Shown: positions 33,263 through 45,592, numbered from the stretch's first letter. The stretch: 64,000 nucleotides of DNA from Jatrophihabitans sp. (GCF_036388195.1 NZ_DASVSG010000121.1:35292-99291); one strand, 5' to 3'. A program made the numbers and translations. The notes: a model not told the origin generated them from the sequence alone.

Positions 33263-33759
33263 CGCCTGTCCTCCTACCTCGCCTCGACACCGAGTAACCC
33301 ATCCGTTCTCGCTGACTATCGAAGTCTGCCATCGGCCCGTTCGATGCTGTTGACGTGCAGAGATCGGCAAAGTTGGTAGACATGATGGGCAGTCAGGAGC
33401 AGCCTGACATCCTTGGTAAGCAGGTCTCGACCATTGCCCGCCCGAGAGCATGGGAGTTCTGATCATGCAGAAGCTGATTGCGTGGGGTAGTGGGTCAGTT
33501 TGAGGAAAGGTGGGGTTTAGGGCTGCTTTTCGTCGTCGGTTGCGCATACGTTCCAGGTGCGCGCAAGTAAGCGAGGCGGCCCCGGCCGGTGTAGCGAGCA
33601 CCAGGCCGGGACCTTGGCCGAACCCCTACGTGACAGGAGCCCGACCCAATGAGCGAATCTACCGGCGACCCCTGGAGTAGGCGCCGACACCCGAGCAGCC
33701 CTGGCGACCCATCCCCGACGGCGAGGATGGAGACAGCTACCCGTACGACGACGGCGCGC

Positions 33760-33934
33760 CCTGGTGCGTTGACGGCGGCCTGCACCCAGGACGCGCTGGA
33801 CTGCGGCACGCCAGGTCGTGCTGTTCACCGATGAGGCCAACCCGACGTCCAACGCCATCTATCAGCGAATCGGCTTCAGGGCATTGGATGATCGGCTGAT
33901 CCTGCGGTTCGTCGACCCGGCGATCGAGGGCTGA
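33760..33934 (+). pseudogene. frameshifted C-terminal remnant of a GNAT acetyltransferase
   Basis: ALTAACTQDALD then, in the next frame, QVVLFTDEANPTSNAIYQRIGF...EG*. Confidence 0.75.
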
Positions 33935-33975
33935 TATCGATCACCGCGCCACGCTGCCTGGCGCGGTCGAACGCG

Positions 33976-34010
33976 CACGGTGGCACCGTCATTGCGACGG
34001 CGCCACCGTG
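33976..34010. terminator. stem-loop
   Basis: cacggtggcaccgtc / gacggcgccaccgtg, one mismatch in 15. Confidence 0.65.
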
Positions 34011-34038
34011 TCACGTCGGCCTACGACTGCCGCACCGC

Positions 34039-34359
34039 TCAGAATTGGCAGTAGTAATCGGGGACAAGCTTCACCCAACTGCTATTGGAGGTCGTGTAGC
34101 CCCAATAGTTGTCCCAAGTCTGAGCCCTGAAGCGGCCATCGTAGACGCCCCAGCTCTTATAACGTTCGCCCTTGTAAAGGGTAAACGGGGACGTCGTGGC
34201 GCCGCCGGTGGAGGATGCGAAGAACGTGATGTCGTTTGCTATTACCTCTCGGCAATTATATGACTGTGTCGACGCGTCGGATGCGGCGACTATTCCAGGT
34301 GCGAGCATAAACCCGACGGCCGCCAGCGCGGCAGTAGCTGTGCGTGACACTCTTCGCAT
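34039..34359 (-). CDS. small secreted protein (lower GC)
   Basis: signal peptide, two Cys, aromatic-rich; GAGAGG RBS. Confidence 0.7.
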   Translation of the reverse strand: MRRVSRTATAALAAVGFMLAPGIVAASDASTQSYNCREVIANDITFFASSTGGATTSPFTLYKGERYKSWGVYDGRFRAQTWDNYWGYTTSNSSWVKLVPDYYCQF

Positions 34360-34790
34360 TGTTGCCTCTCCTTCAACGATGGGGAATCTGCACCTAGGTC
34401 AGGGTGGTCACGCTAGCGCAGGTATCACCCTATGTCACCGTTATGTGGCATTTTGACAGATATCGTTCTGGTCTTGATCGATCACCTACAGGTGTGGGCG
34501 CGCGATGATCGAATTGCTACCCGTCCCGAGCCACCTTGGTGCTATGACAGCAGGCAGTTGCGGGCCGGGCGCCGGGCTCCGTCGAGAGGCCGGTCACCGC
34601 CGCCCTCGCCGCGGGCCGGGAACAGGTGGTAGACGACCGTAATCGGCGATCAGTTCGAGGTCGGCGAGGGTGTCGTGGCCGTCCAGTGAGTACATAAACG
34701 CCCACGCAATGGGGTACCGCCGGCACCGCTAGCAGGACCGGCGACCGTCATCGGCGAACGAGCGGAGGCCGCCCGACCGGAACCGGCTCC

Positions 34791-36467
34791 TCAGTGCCCC
34801 TCAGATGCGGGCAGCGCCGGCAGGCTGTACAGGTCGAGACGGCGGACGAGCTGGTCGACCAGCTCCGGATCCACGCCTCGCTCGGACCGGGCCGCGAGCA
34901 GCTCCTCCCGCGCGGCCCCGAGCATCTGTTGCAGTCCCAGTAGGAACTTGCCCCGGCCAGTGGCCCGGCCGGCAACCTCGCTGTGCTGGGAGTCGGTCCC
35001 GAGCTGGGCGTTGAGCCGGACCAGCAGGTCGGTCGGGAACGCGTTCAGCCGGTCCCACACCTCGACGGTGAAGTCCACCTCGTCCTGCAGTCGGTTCAGC
35101 GCTTCGGCGGCGGCGTGCGCGGCCCGCTCGATCAGCGCCGTCTCGGTGTCCTCGTTGTCGCGCGTGCCTGCGCGTACCCCCAACAGCTTCACCACGGTCG
35201 GCAGGGTCAGGCCCTGCAATACCAGGGTCACCAGCACCACCGAGAAGGCGATGAACAGGATCCGGTCGCGGGCCGGGAAAGGCCCGCCGGTATCGGTGAC
35301 GGTCGGGATGGCCAGCGCCAGCGCCACGGTGGCCACCCCGCGCATGCCGGCCCACCACACCACCACCGTCTCCCGCCAGCCGATCGGCACGTCGGTGTCA
35401 CGCTGGCGCCGCAGCCGCCGGCTGGCGCTCCGGCCGCTGAGCGCGTCGTCGAGGGCGCCGGCCTGCAACCGGCGGTAGAACCGCCGGGCCAGCAGCACCG
35501 AGGGCAGCAGGTACAGCAGCCGCACCACCACCACCACGCCGACGACGGCGGCCGTCTCTTCGACCAGCGACGTCCAGCGCGCCCCGATCGCCTGGAACGC
35601 GGTCTGGAACTCCAGGCCCACCAGCCCGAACGCGATCCCGGTGACCAGGGTCTCGGTCATCGACCAGAACACGTCGGTGGTCAACCGGCCCTGCGCGTCC
35701 GCAGCGTCCATCGGCCGGGACACCGAGTAGAGGGTGTACACCAGCACCGCGAGCACCCCGGAACCGTGCAGCTCCTCGGCCATCACGTACGTGGCGGTCG
35801 GCGCCAGTACCGACAGCAACACCTGCGGCCGCGGGTCACCCGATCCCAGCACCGCTATCAGCCGGGTGATGCCCCAGCCGAACCCGAAGCCGACTGCCAG
35901 GGCCAGCACGGCGGCCAGCAGCAGCCTGGTCGCCGCCTGGCCGGGGGTGATCGAGCCGCCGACCACCGCGGCGATCGCCACCTGGTAGAGCACCAGGGCG
36001 GCCACATCGTTGAACAGGCCCTCCCCCTCGAGCATCGACACCAGCCGGCGGGGCAGGTGCAGCTTGCCGGCGATCGCGACGGCCGCGACCGGGTCCGGCG
36101 GGGATACCAGGGCGCCCAGGGCCACCGCGCCGGCCAGCGTGATGCCGGGCACCACCGCGGACGCGACGTAGGCGACCGCGGCGGTGGTCACCATGACCAG
36201 GGCAACCGCCAGTAGCAGGATCGGCCGGGCATTGGCGGCCCAGAACCGCCAGGACGTCTTGCGCGCGGCGGCGTACAGCAACGGCGGCAGCACCAGCGGC
36301 AGGATCAGATCGGGTTCGATGTATACCTGCGGCACCTGGGGGATCGCGGCCAGCACGATCCCGAACAGGGTGACCAGCACCGGCCAGGGCAGGTTGATCC
36401 TGGACGAGACGGGGATCAGCACCGCGGTCGCGAACAGGACGGCGGCCACCAAGGCGAGCTGCTCCAC
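34791..36467 (-). CDS. CPA1-family Na+/H+ antiporter
   Basis: LPPLLY, SPPDPVA, EGEGLFND, WAGMRG. Confidence 0.93.
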   Translation of the reverse strand: MEQLALVAAVLFATAVLIPVSSRINLPWPVLVTLFGIVLAAIPQVPQVYIEPDLILPLVLPPLLYAAARKTSWRFWAANARPILLLAVALVMVTTAAVAYVASAVVPGITLAGAVALGALVSPPDPVAAVAIAGKLHLPRRLVSMLEGEGLFNDVAALVLYQVAIAAVVGGSITPGQAATRLLLAAVLALAVGFGFGWGITRLIAVLGSGDPRPQVLLSVLAPTATYVMAEELHGSGVLAVLVYTLYSVSRPMDAADAQGRLTTDVFWSMTETLVTGIAFGLVGLEFQTAFQAIGARWTSLVEETAAVVGVVVVVRLLYLLPSVLLARRFYRRLQAGALDDALSGRSASRRLRRQRDTDVPIGWRETVVVWWAGMRGVATVALALAIPTVTDTGGPFPARDRILFIAFSVVLVTLVLQGLTLPTVVKLLGVRAGTRDNEDTETALIERAAHAAAEALNRLQDEVDFTVEVWDRLNAFPTDLLVRLNAQLGTDSQHSEVAGRATGRGKFLLGLQQMLGAAREELLAARSERGVDPELVDQLVRRLDLYSLPALPASEGH

Positions 36468-36558
36468 TGGCTCACCTCCCGTCCTGGAGAGACCAACTTA
36501 CCGGTCCGGACGCGACAGTTGAGCCTTCGAGCGGGTCCCGGGCGGCTGGCGAGGCAGG

Positions 36559-38435
<1,877 letters not shown>

Positions 38436-38439
<4 letters not shown>

Positions 38440-39764
38440 GTAGCGGATAGTGCCCCAACCGCTGCGTAATCGCCACGCCGGCGAAGCGTGAAGAAGGCCA
38501 GGGCGGCGGCGACGCACAGGAAGCCGGCGGTGAGCCAGGCGATCCGGTAGTCACCGGTGGCGTCGCGGACCGCGCCGGCGAACGAGGCGGCCAGGCCCGC
38601 GCCGATCATGTGGGAGGCGAACACCCAGCCGAACACCATCCCGGACTTCTCCACCCCGAAGTGCTCGCGGCACAGCGCCACGGTGGGCGGCACGGTGGCC
38701 ACCCAGTCCAGGCCGTAGAAGACGATGAACAGGAACAGCGGCGGGCTCACCGTCGAGCCGAGCACGGACGGCACGATCAGCAGCGACAGCCCGCGCAGGC
38801 CGTAGTAGGCCAGCAGCAGGTTGCGCGGGTCGACCCGGTCGGTGAGCCAGCCGGAGCCGATGGTGCCGATGATGTCGAAGATGCCGATCAGGGCGAGCAG
38901 GTTGGCGGCGGTGGTGCCCGGGATGCCGTGGTCGTGGGCGGCCGGGATGAAGTGCGAGGCGACCAGGCCGTTGGTGGACCAGCCGCAGATGAAGAAGGTT
39001 CCCATCAGCACCCAGAACGGCCAGCTGCGCGAGGACTCGGTCAGCGTGGCGACGGCCGCCCTGGCCGGGTTGCGTTTGGATGCGGTCGGCGGGGCCCAGT
39101 CCGGCTCGGCGCCGTAGGGGGTCAGGCCGACGCTGGCGGGGGAGTCGGCGAGCAGCCACATCACGAACGGCACGAGCAGCAGCGAGAACGCCGCGACGAG
39201 GAGGACCGCGGTGCGCCAGCCGTGGGAGTTGATCAGGTAGGCCAGCATCGGCAGGAAGACAAGCTGACCGGTCGAGGAGGCTGCGGAGAAGATGCCGACG
39301 ACCAGGCCGCGGTTGGTGACGAACCACCGGTCGGCGATGATCGCGCCGAACACCAGGGCCATCGAGCCGGTGCCGATCCCGATGGCGAAGCCCCACGCCA
39401 GGACGAGCTGCCAGGACGAGGACATCACGGTGGTGGCCAGGCAGCCGATTGCGACCAGGGTGAGGGCCAGGCCCACCATCCGGCGGATGCCGAAGCGCTG
39501 CATGAGGGCGGCGGCGAACGGGGCGGTCAGGCCGTAGACCACCAGGTTGACGGTGATCGCGAACGAGGTGGTGGACCGGGACCAGCCGAACTGCTGCTCG
39601 ATCGGGACGATCAGCGCCCCGGTGCTGGACCGGAAGGCGGCGGTGGCGATGAGGGCGAAGAAGGTGATGGCCGCGACCGCCCACGCGCGGTGGAGCCGGC
39701 GGATGCGTTTGAGGTCGGCTGGGTTCGGCCGAAGCTGCTCAGCTGACTGTTCAGCGGTGGTCAC
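38436..39764 (-). CDS. MFS transporter
   Basis: about 12 TMs; FFICGWSTNGL, WLTDR, LDWVATVPPT. Confidence 0.92.
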
Positions 39765-40071
39765 CGGGCCATTCTGCCGGGTCGCGATGACGCCGGTCAG
39801 GCTGTTTTCGGTCGGCGTGGCGCCAGATCCCGCCGCCGTGGTCGTCGTCGGCCGCCGCATCTAGAGCACCCCGTTGTCGTGGGTGAGGGTGCTGGGAATG
39901 GTGGCAGCAGGGCGCCTCGGGTCGCCGGTGAGAATGGTGGACACGTGCGGCGCTCCTCCTGGCTAAGGGCAAGTGCGGCGGCTTCATCGACGTCAAGACT
40001 TCGCCGCTGGTCCGCATTCCCAGAGGACGACGAGCCGCCCGAGTGCACGCCGAGTCCGCGGCGACTGGATA

Positions 40072-40120
40072 CCAGGTGTCCAGCGGGCCTTGCGTCGTCC
40101 CGTGCTCCAGGTTGAGGAGC
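40072..40120 (-). pseudogene. fragment of an Xre-type HTH gene paralogous to 43057-43305
   Basis: 41/49 nt identical to 43138-43186; LLNLEHGTTQGPLDTW vs LINLEHGTTRGSLDTW. Confidence 0.65.
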
Positions 40121-40172
40121 GGCTTACCGGGTGTTCGGGCCAGCCGTCGCGCTCGTCGTCCGGTGATTGTGC

Positions 40173-40325
40173 TCATTGCCTGGTGATCCGGTGGTTGCGG
40201 CGGGGTGTTTGGGTGGGGTCGATCCAGGTGGGCGGGGTCCAGTGGGGTTGGCCGTGGACCATGCGGCAGCTCCACCCGCCGCGTTGGAATTCGCGGTGGT
40301 GATAGCCGCAGATGAGGGTGAGGTT
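40173..40325 (-). pseudogene. displaced 3' end of the DUF222/HNH gene
   Basis: translates NLTLICGYHHREFQRGGWSCRMVHGQPHWTPPTWIDP...RQ*, the missing half of the HNH motif. Confidence 0.92.
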
Positions 40326-40352
40326 AGCCGCTGATCGTTAAGCTGCCCTCTT

Positions 40353-41753
40353 GTGACGACACCTCGCATGGCAGCGATCTACGCTCGGATCTCCAGCGAC
40401 CAGGACGGTCGAGGGTTGGGTGTGGCGCGCCAGGTGGAGGACTGCCGCAAGCTTGCCAGCGAGCGCGGCTGGGTGGTGGCTGAGGAGTACGTGGACAACG
40501 ATGTGTCGGCTTACTCGGGGAAAGCTCGATCGGCGTATCAGCGGATGCTGGCCGATCTGGCTGCGGGTGAGCGGGACGCGGTGCTCGTCTACAACCTGGA
40601 CCGGCTGCACCGTCAGCCTGCCGAGCTTGAGGACTTCGTGACGCTGTGCGAGAAGGCCGGTGTCACGAGCGTGGCGACGGTGACCGCCGACATCGACCTA
40701 GGCAACGACGATGGGCTGTTCATGGCGCGGATGTTCGCGGCGTTCGCGGCGAAGGAGTCCGGCAGGCGGTCGGCTCGGGTGCGGCGCAAGATGCAGGCCA
40801 ACGCCGTTGCCGGGTTGCCGCATGGTGGGTCGCTTCGCCCGTTCGGCTATGACGAAACCCGGATGGTCGTGATCGAGAGCGAGGCCGCGATCATCGGCCA
40901 GCTCGCGGCTCGGTTCCTCGCCGGTGAGTCGCTGCGGTCGCTGGCTTCCTGGCTGGAGGACAACGAAGTAGCCACGGTGGCCGGCAAGCCGTGGCGCACT
41001 ACCACCCTGAAGGCGGTACTGCTTTCTGGCCGGATTGCCGGCCTGCGGGAGCACCAGGGCGTCATCGTCGGGCCGGCGGCGTGGCCGGGCATCATCAGCG
41101 AGGAGCAGCACCGCCGTATCCGGGCGTTGATGGCGCAGAAGGCGGTATCGGGCCGCCGGGCGGCGCGCCGGTATGCGCTGTCGGGTCTGTTGCGGTGCGG
41201 CAAGTGCGGCAACCGGCTCTATTCCGCAGCCCGAGGGGACCGCCGCCGGTATGTGTGCTTGTCCGGGCCGGGTCATGGCGGCTGCGGCAGGCTGACGGTG
41301 GTCGCTGAGCCGGTTGAGGAGTTGATCGCCAAGGCGGTGCTGTTCCGGCTGGACACTCCGGAGTTGGCTGACACCCTCGCTGGACGGACCGCGCAGGACG
41401 AGGCGCTGGCCGAGGTCGTGACTCAACTCGGCGGAGACCGCGCGCAGTTGGAGGAGTTGGCCGAAGCTTATGCGGCCAGGTCGATCACGATGCGGGAGTG
41501 GTTGGCCGCTCGCAAGCTCATCGAGGACCGGATCACCCGCGCAGAACGACGGTTGGCCCGCGCCAACAACACCGATGCGCTGCCGTCGCTGATCGGCAAC
41601 GGCCAGGCGTTAGGCCGAGCGTGGGACTCGCTCAACCTCGACCGCCATGTCGCGATCATCAAGGCTGTGCTGGATCACGCCGTTATCGGCCCCGGGCAGC
41701 CCGGCGCTCGCACCTTGGACCCGGCTCGGGTGCGACCGGCCTGGAAGCTGTAG
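40353..41753 (+). CDS. large serine recombinase (integrase)
   Basis: YARISSD, DND.SA, DRL.R, RPFGY, LSGLLRCGKCG Zn ribbon, coiled coil. Confidence 0.96.
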   Translation: MTTPRMAAIYARISSDQDGRGLGVARQVEDCRKLASERGWVVAEEYVDNDVSAYSGKARSAYQRMLADLAAGERDAVLVYNLDRLHRQPAELEDFVTLCEKAGVTSVATVTADIDLGNDDGLFMARMFAAFAAKESGRRSARVRRKMQANAVAGLPHGGSLRPFGYDETRMVVIESEAAIIGQLAARFLAGESLRSLASWLEDNEVATVAGKPWRTTTLKAVLLSGRIAGLREHQGVIVGPAAWPGIISEEQHRRIRALMAQKAVSGRRAARRYALSGLLRCGKCGNRLYSAARGDRRRYVCLSGPGHGGCGRLTVVAEPVEELIAKAVLFRLDTPELADTLAGRTAQDEALAEVVTQLGGDRAQLEELAEAYAARSITMREWLAARKLIEDRITRAERRLARANNTDALPSLIGNGQALGRAWDSLNLDRHVAIIKAVLDHAVIGPGQPGARTLDPARVRPAWKL

Positions 41754-41978
41754 GTCGCCACCACGGTCAGCGGTTGCGGCGGCGCGAGGCGCGCTCGCTC
41801 CGCTTGCAGCGCGTCTCCCATCCGCCGCCGCCCGCACAGCTGGATCGACGCCCAGCAGCGCCCCGAGTGTGCCAACCAGCACCGGATCAGCCACCTTCAC
41901 CGGCACCCCCTGCGCCGCACAGGTGGTCCGTACCCAGTCCTCTACCTCCTCCGCAGTGAAGGTCTGACCGTCGAGCAT
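41610..41978 (-). CDS. small element protein, candidate recombination directionality factor
   Basis: starts 1 nt after the Rep stop; WVRTTCAAQGVPVKVADP; overlaps the integrase 3' end convergently. Confidence 0.5.
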   Translation of the reverse strand: MLDGQTFTAEEVEDWVRTTCAAQGVPVKVADPVLVGTLGALLGVDPAVRAAADGRRAASGASAPRAAATADRGGDLQLPGRSHPSRVQGASAGLPGADNGVIQHSLDDRDMAVEVERVPRSA

Positions 41979-41979
41979 G

Positions 41980-42747
41980 TCAGGCCCACTGCGCCCAGAT
42001 CGCCGGACCGCCCTGCCAGTCAGGCGCATCGGCAGACGACCACCGAAGGATCGGGTCAGAGCCGAGCCGCGTCGAGGCCTCGTCGATCACCGCGTCGGGG
42101 CTGCGGCCGGTGATCCGCTGCACGCGGGGCTGTAACCCCTGCGCCAGGTCATAGCGGTGCAGCCCGTCGATCCGGGCGTCATCGGCGAAGGACTTCGCCA
42201 CGTACTTCGACAGATACCCCGCCGCCTTACGCGCCTCACCCAACGTGCCGGACCCGACCGGCAAGTCACCGAGCACCTTGATATGCACGAACCCGTGCGG
42301 CCAAGACGCCGCGATCAGTGAGCGCGGGATGAACCGCCCGATCGCGAAATGCAGATGTAGGCCGTGGTCGGTCTTGTGCCACTCCGGCACCCACGCATAG
42401 GCGACCGGTTTGCCGTCCAACTCGGCCCGCAACGCCCGGAAGAACGCACCGACATGCGCCCGGACCTCGCGCTGATCATGGCACCCCGCGCCGCGATAGG
42501 TCAGGGTGCCGAGCCGGTTAAGCCGATTCGCCGCGCAATAGCGCCGCAGCTTTCCCTTCGCACGCCGGGCAGCCTCAACCCTGGCCCGCTCAGGATGCCG
42601 GGCCTGCCCTTTGACCCCACCACCACGGGCATATGGCCGCGACGGGACGAACGCGCCACCGGCCTCGCGAGCATCGGGGTAGAACGACAGCGACCAGCAC
42701 GCGATGGGGCGACGCAAAACGGTGGCGACAGGATCGACGCTAGACAT
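41980..42747 (-). CDS. HUH rolling-circle replication initiator
   Basis: motif I TLTY, motif II HLHF, motif III YLSKY (two Tyr). Confidence 0.88.
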   Translation of the reverse strand: MSSVDPVATVLRRPIACWSLSFYPDAREAGGAFVPSRPYARGGGVKGQARHPERARVEAARRAKGKLRRYCAANRLNRLGTLTYRGAGCHDQREVRAHVGAFFRALRAELDGKPVAYAWVPEWHKTDHGLHLHFAIGRFIPRSLIAASWPHGFVHIKVLGDLPVGSGTLGEARKAAGYLSKYVAKSFADDARIDGLHRYDLAQGLQPRVQRITGRSPDAVIDEASTRLGSDPILRWSSADAPDWQGGPAIWAQWA

Positions 42748-43056
42748 CGGATAGCTCCCGGCGGAACAGAGGCGAAACCCCTGACCAGGAACGACAACTC
42801 GAACGAGACCAGGAGCAAGGGCTGCTGCACCGGTCTCATCTGTGTATGCGCTCGGGTCTAGACCCTCACGAGACGAGGCATCCAGGCCGTGCTGCGGACC
42901 TCGCCCTGAACAACTGCCCCTCGTGCCCCTGCCGCAGATCGGCGGCTCGCCATCGGCCCTGGGACCAGGGCCCTCGTTTCATCTGACCGCCGGTTCTCGG
43001 TCTCCGCACCACGAGAATGCCACACGTGTAACTCACCGTGCAATACCTGAACGGCG

Positions 43057-43305
43057 CTAGGAAGGTGGGCGGTGTCCGTGGCAGAGCTGATCCATCAGGC
43101 TGCTCAGCGGCACGCCGAGCCCGTGGGCTACCCGGTGCCAGGTGTCCAGCGAACCGCGCGTCGTGCCGTGCTCCAGATTGATCAGCACGGTGCGGGACAG
43201 CCCAGTCAGCTCCGCGAGCGCGTCATAGGTCAAGTGCTTCTCGGCCCGCAGCCGGGACAGCTCCAGCCGCAGGGCCTCGTGGTTGGGCTCGGGTCGGCGG
43301 GGCAC
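43057..43305 (-). CDS. Xre-family HTH regulator
   Basis: LR....LTYDALAELTGLSRTVLINLEHG...A..LGV. Confidence 0.88.
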   Translation of the reverse strand: MPRRPEPNHEALRLELSRLRAEKHLTYDALAELTGLSRTVLINLEHGTTRGSLDTWHRVAHGLGVPLSSLMDQLCHGHRPPS

Positions 43306-43495
43306 CCGCTCAGACTGGCAGTCAACGAACCTTGACCGCAGTACAGATTTGTTGACTATTGTGGTGAGGACCGCAACTGCTCATCGGAAGGCCAGCGCCG
43401 TGCCGCGTCCCCACGCCAGCTTCTGCGACCTACCGCCCGGCCGCGACCATGGGCCGTTCTGCGTTTCCCGCCCGGTTGCCCGCGAGGCGATCGCC

Positions 43496-43726
43496 ATGAA
43501 CGAAGCCGGACGGCCCGTCGATCTCACCGTGGACCTCGCCGTCCGCCGCGCGGACCGCGATGGTCACCAGTTGGTGAGGGTCATCGCCGAACCGCAAACC
43601 ATCACCGCGCGGTCCGTAACCCTCCTGCCCTCCGGCACCGCCCGCCAACTTGCCGCCGCCCTGATCGTGGCCGCCGACCAAGCCGACGAACTCGACCATG
43701 ACGTCTCCGCACGCCCAGCGTCCTGA
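43496..43726 (+). CDS. hypothetical mobile-element protein
   Basis: GAGG RBS; ARQLAAALIVAADQAD helix; divergent from Xre. Confidence 0.55.
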   Translation: MNEAGRPVDLTVDLAVRRADRDGHQLVRVIAEPQTITARSVTLLPSGTARQLAAALIVAADQADELDHDVSARPAS

Positions 43727-43776
43727 CGTGCGAGGCTGCTGGGCTGCGGGGGCTCGTTCTCGTCCGAGTTATGTTG

Positions 43777-44355
43777 CTAGTTCAAGTCAAGACCCATCAC
43801 GAGTGAATCAAAACGCTCTAACAGCCTGTTGAAGCTGTAGCTTCGGCCCCTTGCAAGGTCGAGGTCAATCTTGGCCGCGAGCCGCGGCTGATCGACGGGT
43901 TTGGTGTAGGCGCGCGGATAGAGAGCGTCTTCTATCAGCGTTAACCCCCGCGACGTATCGGACCAGCCGAATCCTAGGTCTAGTGACTCCGCCGACGCGA
44001 CAATCCAGTCTTCGAAGTCACGGTCAGCTAGGGCGACAGCGACGGGGCACGCGCATGAGTCCTGTATCCGTGCTGCAAGAGTTGGCCCCAACTCGCAAAC
44101 CGCGTTATCGTCGCTATCAAGTATCACGAGAACCCCACGACAGCCAGGTCGGTTCCCAACAGCTGAAACGAACCGTTCGATCCCACCCGGCTTGCTTACA
44201 TTTCCGACGCCTTTCACATTCACTGGCGACCCCAAAATATCCCTATACTCGCCAATTGACTGCAGGTATTTGCGTAGAACGATCGGTGCAGCGCCGTAAT
44301 CTCCGCGCCCCTCGACCACTAGCGCAATATGCTGATCACCTGGCTGCGCGCTCAT
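43777..44355 (-). CDS. TOPRIM-like protein (DUF4276-like)
   Basis: LVVEGRGD, ILDSDD, FEDWIVA, SYSF; ATGA-coupled to the ATPase; lower GC. Confidence 0.75.
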   Translation of the reverse strand: MSAQPGDQHIALVVEGRGDYGAAPIVLRKYLQSIGEYRDILGSPVNVKGVGNVSKPGGIERFVSAVGNRPGCRGVLVILDSDDNAVCELGPTLAARIQDSCACPVAVALADRDFEDWIVASAESLDLGFGWSDTSRGLTLIEDALYPRAYTKPVDQPRLAAKIDLDLARGRSYSFNRLLERFDSLVMGLDLN

Positions 44356-45533
44356 TGGGCGGGGTCAAGCAGGTCCGCTGACAGTAATTCCCCTGGCGTC
44401 ATCAGACTTGACTGAATAGTCTCGCGTGTATGGCTGGCGACGTGAGCGATCCTCGAAGCGCCAGCCTCAGTCCATACTACTCGGAGCGAGTCCACGGCAA
44501 TTGCGTTAACTATATCCGCACTGTGCGTAGTCACGAGAACTTGCGCTTGCGCGCATCTCGCCATGACGATTTCGGTCAACGTGCGCATGGCTCCAAGATG
44601 GACCGCAACTTCGGGCTCTTCGATGACAAGCAATCCGCTCTTGCCCGAACGATGAGCTGCTAGTAAGACCGCAAACATTCTAAGAGTGCCGTCCGACATT
44701 TGTTTTGCTAGAAACTTGCGCGTCCCCTTGTCCGTCGCTTGCCAGAAGCGAAGCGTGAGCTTGTCTGCAAGGTGCGGCACTTCGATCCGGGCAATCCCCG
44801 GAACGATCGCGGCTAAGTCTTCCACAACCTCGCGCCGTTCTTGCTGACTCAAGTCCTCAAAGATGCTCGCCACATTCGAGCCATCGGGCAGAAACTCGCT
44901 GACGGAGGATGGCTCCTGTAGCTCTCCCACCGATTTCGGATTGACGTCTAGGGTTTGGATACGACCCAGGACGTCGAAAACGACGAACCCTGCAACCGAG
45001 CCGCTGGTCGATATTGCACTTTGACCGCCTGCGACAATGCTGCGGCGCTGCTGTCCCTCTTCCTGATCACGCACGAGAACGGTCTTGCCGTCGCTCGAAA
45101 ACTCGAACTTGTTCCGTCCAAGGTAAACGACCGCTTGTTCCCGCTTAACCCGATATCGTCCCCCTTCAATCGATCCCAAACTTAGCTCATAGAAACTGGC
45201 AAGGCTGCCTTCAAGCTCAAAACGCAGTGTGAGCGTTGGATCATATGGATGTCCTGAGCTGCGGTGCCTGAGCTGGTCATAGCCACCCCGGCGGTTAATT
45301 GCCACCGGCAACCCGAATGCACGGATCTCAGTAAGCAGTCGAATGGCTGCGACGGCGTTGGATTTGCCGCTCGCATTAGGTCCGACGAGGGCGACGAACG
45401 AACCAAAATCCAACGTCGAGTCTTTATAAGAGAGAAAATTCTTCATTTCTAGACTCAAGAACCGAACCGAGTCCATGGGCGACCGCTCCTCAGGCGCGTC
45501 CACGACGTCGTCGTCCAGAATCAGGTCGGTCAC
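44352..45533 (-). CDS. ABC/AAA_21-type ATPase (defence-associated)
   Basis: KNFLSY, GPNASGKSN, MSDGT, IEEPE, TTHS; lower GC. Confidence 0.9.
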   Translation of the reverse strand: MTDLILDDDVVDAPEERSPMDSVRFLSLEMKNFLSYKDSTLDFGSFVALVGPNASGKSNAVAAIRLLTEIRAFGLPVAINRRGGYDQLRHRSSGHPYDPTLTLRFELEGSLASFYELSLGSIEGGRYRVKREQAVVYLGRNKFEFSSDGKTVLVRDQEEGQQRRSIVAGGQSAISTSGSVAGFVVFDVLGRIQTLDVNPKSVGELQEPSSVSEFLPDGSNVASIFEDLSQQERREVVEDLAAIVPGIARIEVPHLADKLTLRFWQATDKGTRKFLAKQMSDGTLRMFAVLLAAHRSGKSGLLVIEEPEVAVHLGAMRTLTEIVMARCAQAQVLVTTHSADIVNAIAVDSLRVVWTEAGASRIAHVASHTRETIQSSLMTPGELLSADLLDPAQ

Positions 45534-45592
45534 ACGCTGACGCTAGCAAGATCGCACCCTTAATGGGAGTCCGCTCTTGCGGAGAGGGTTTA

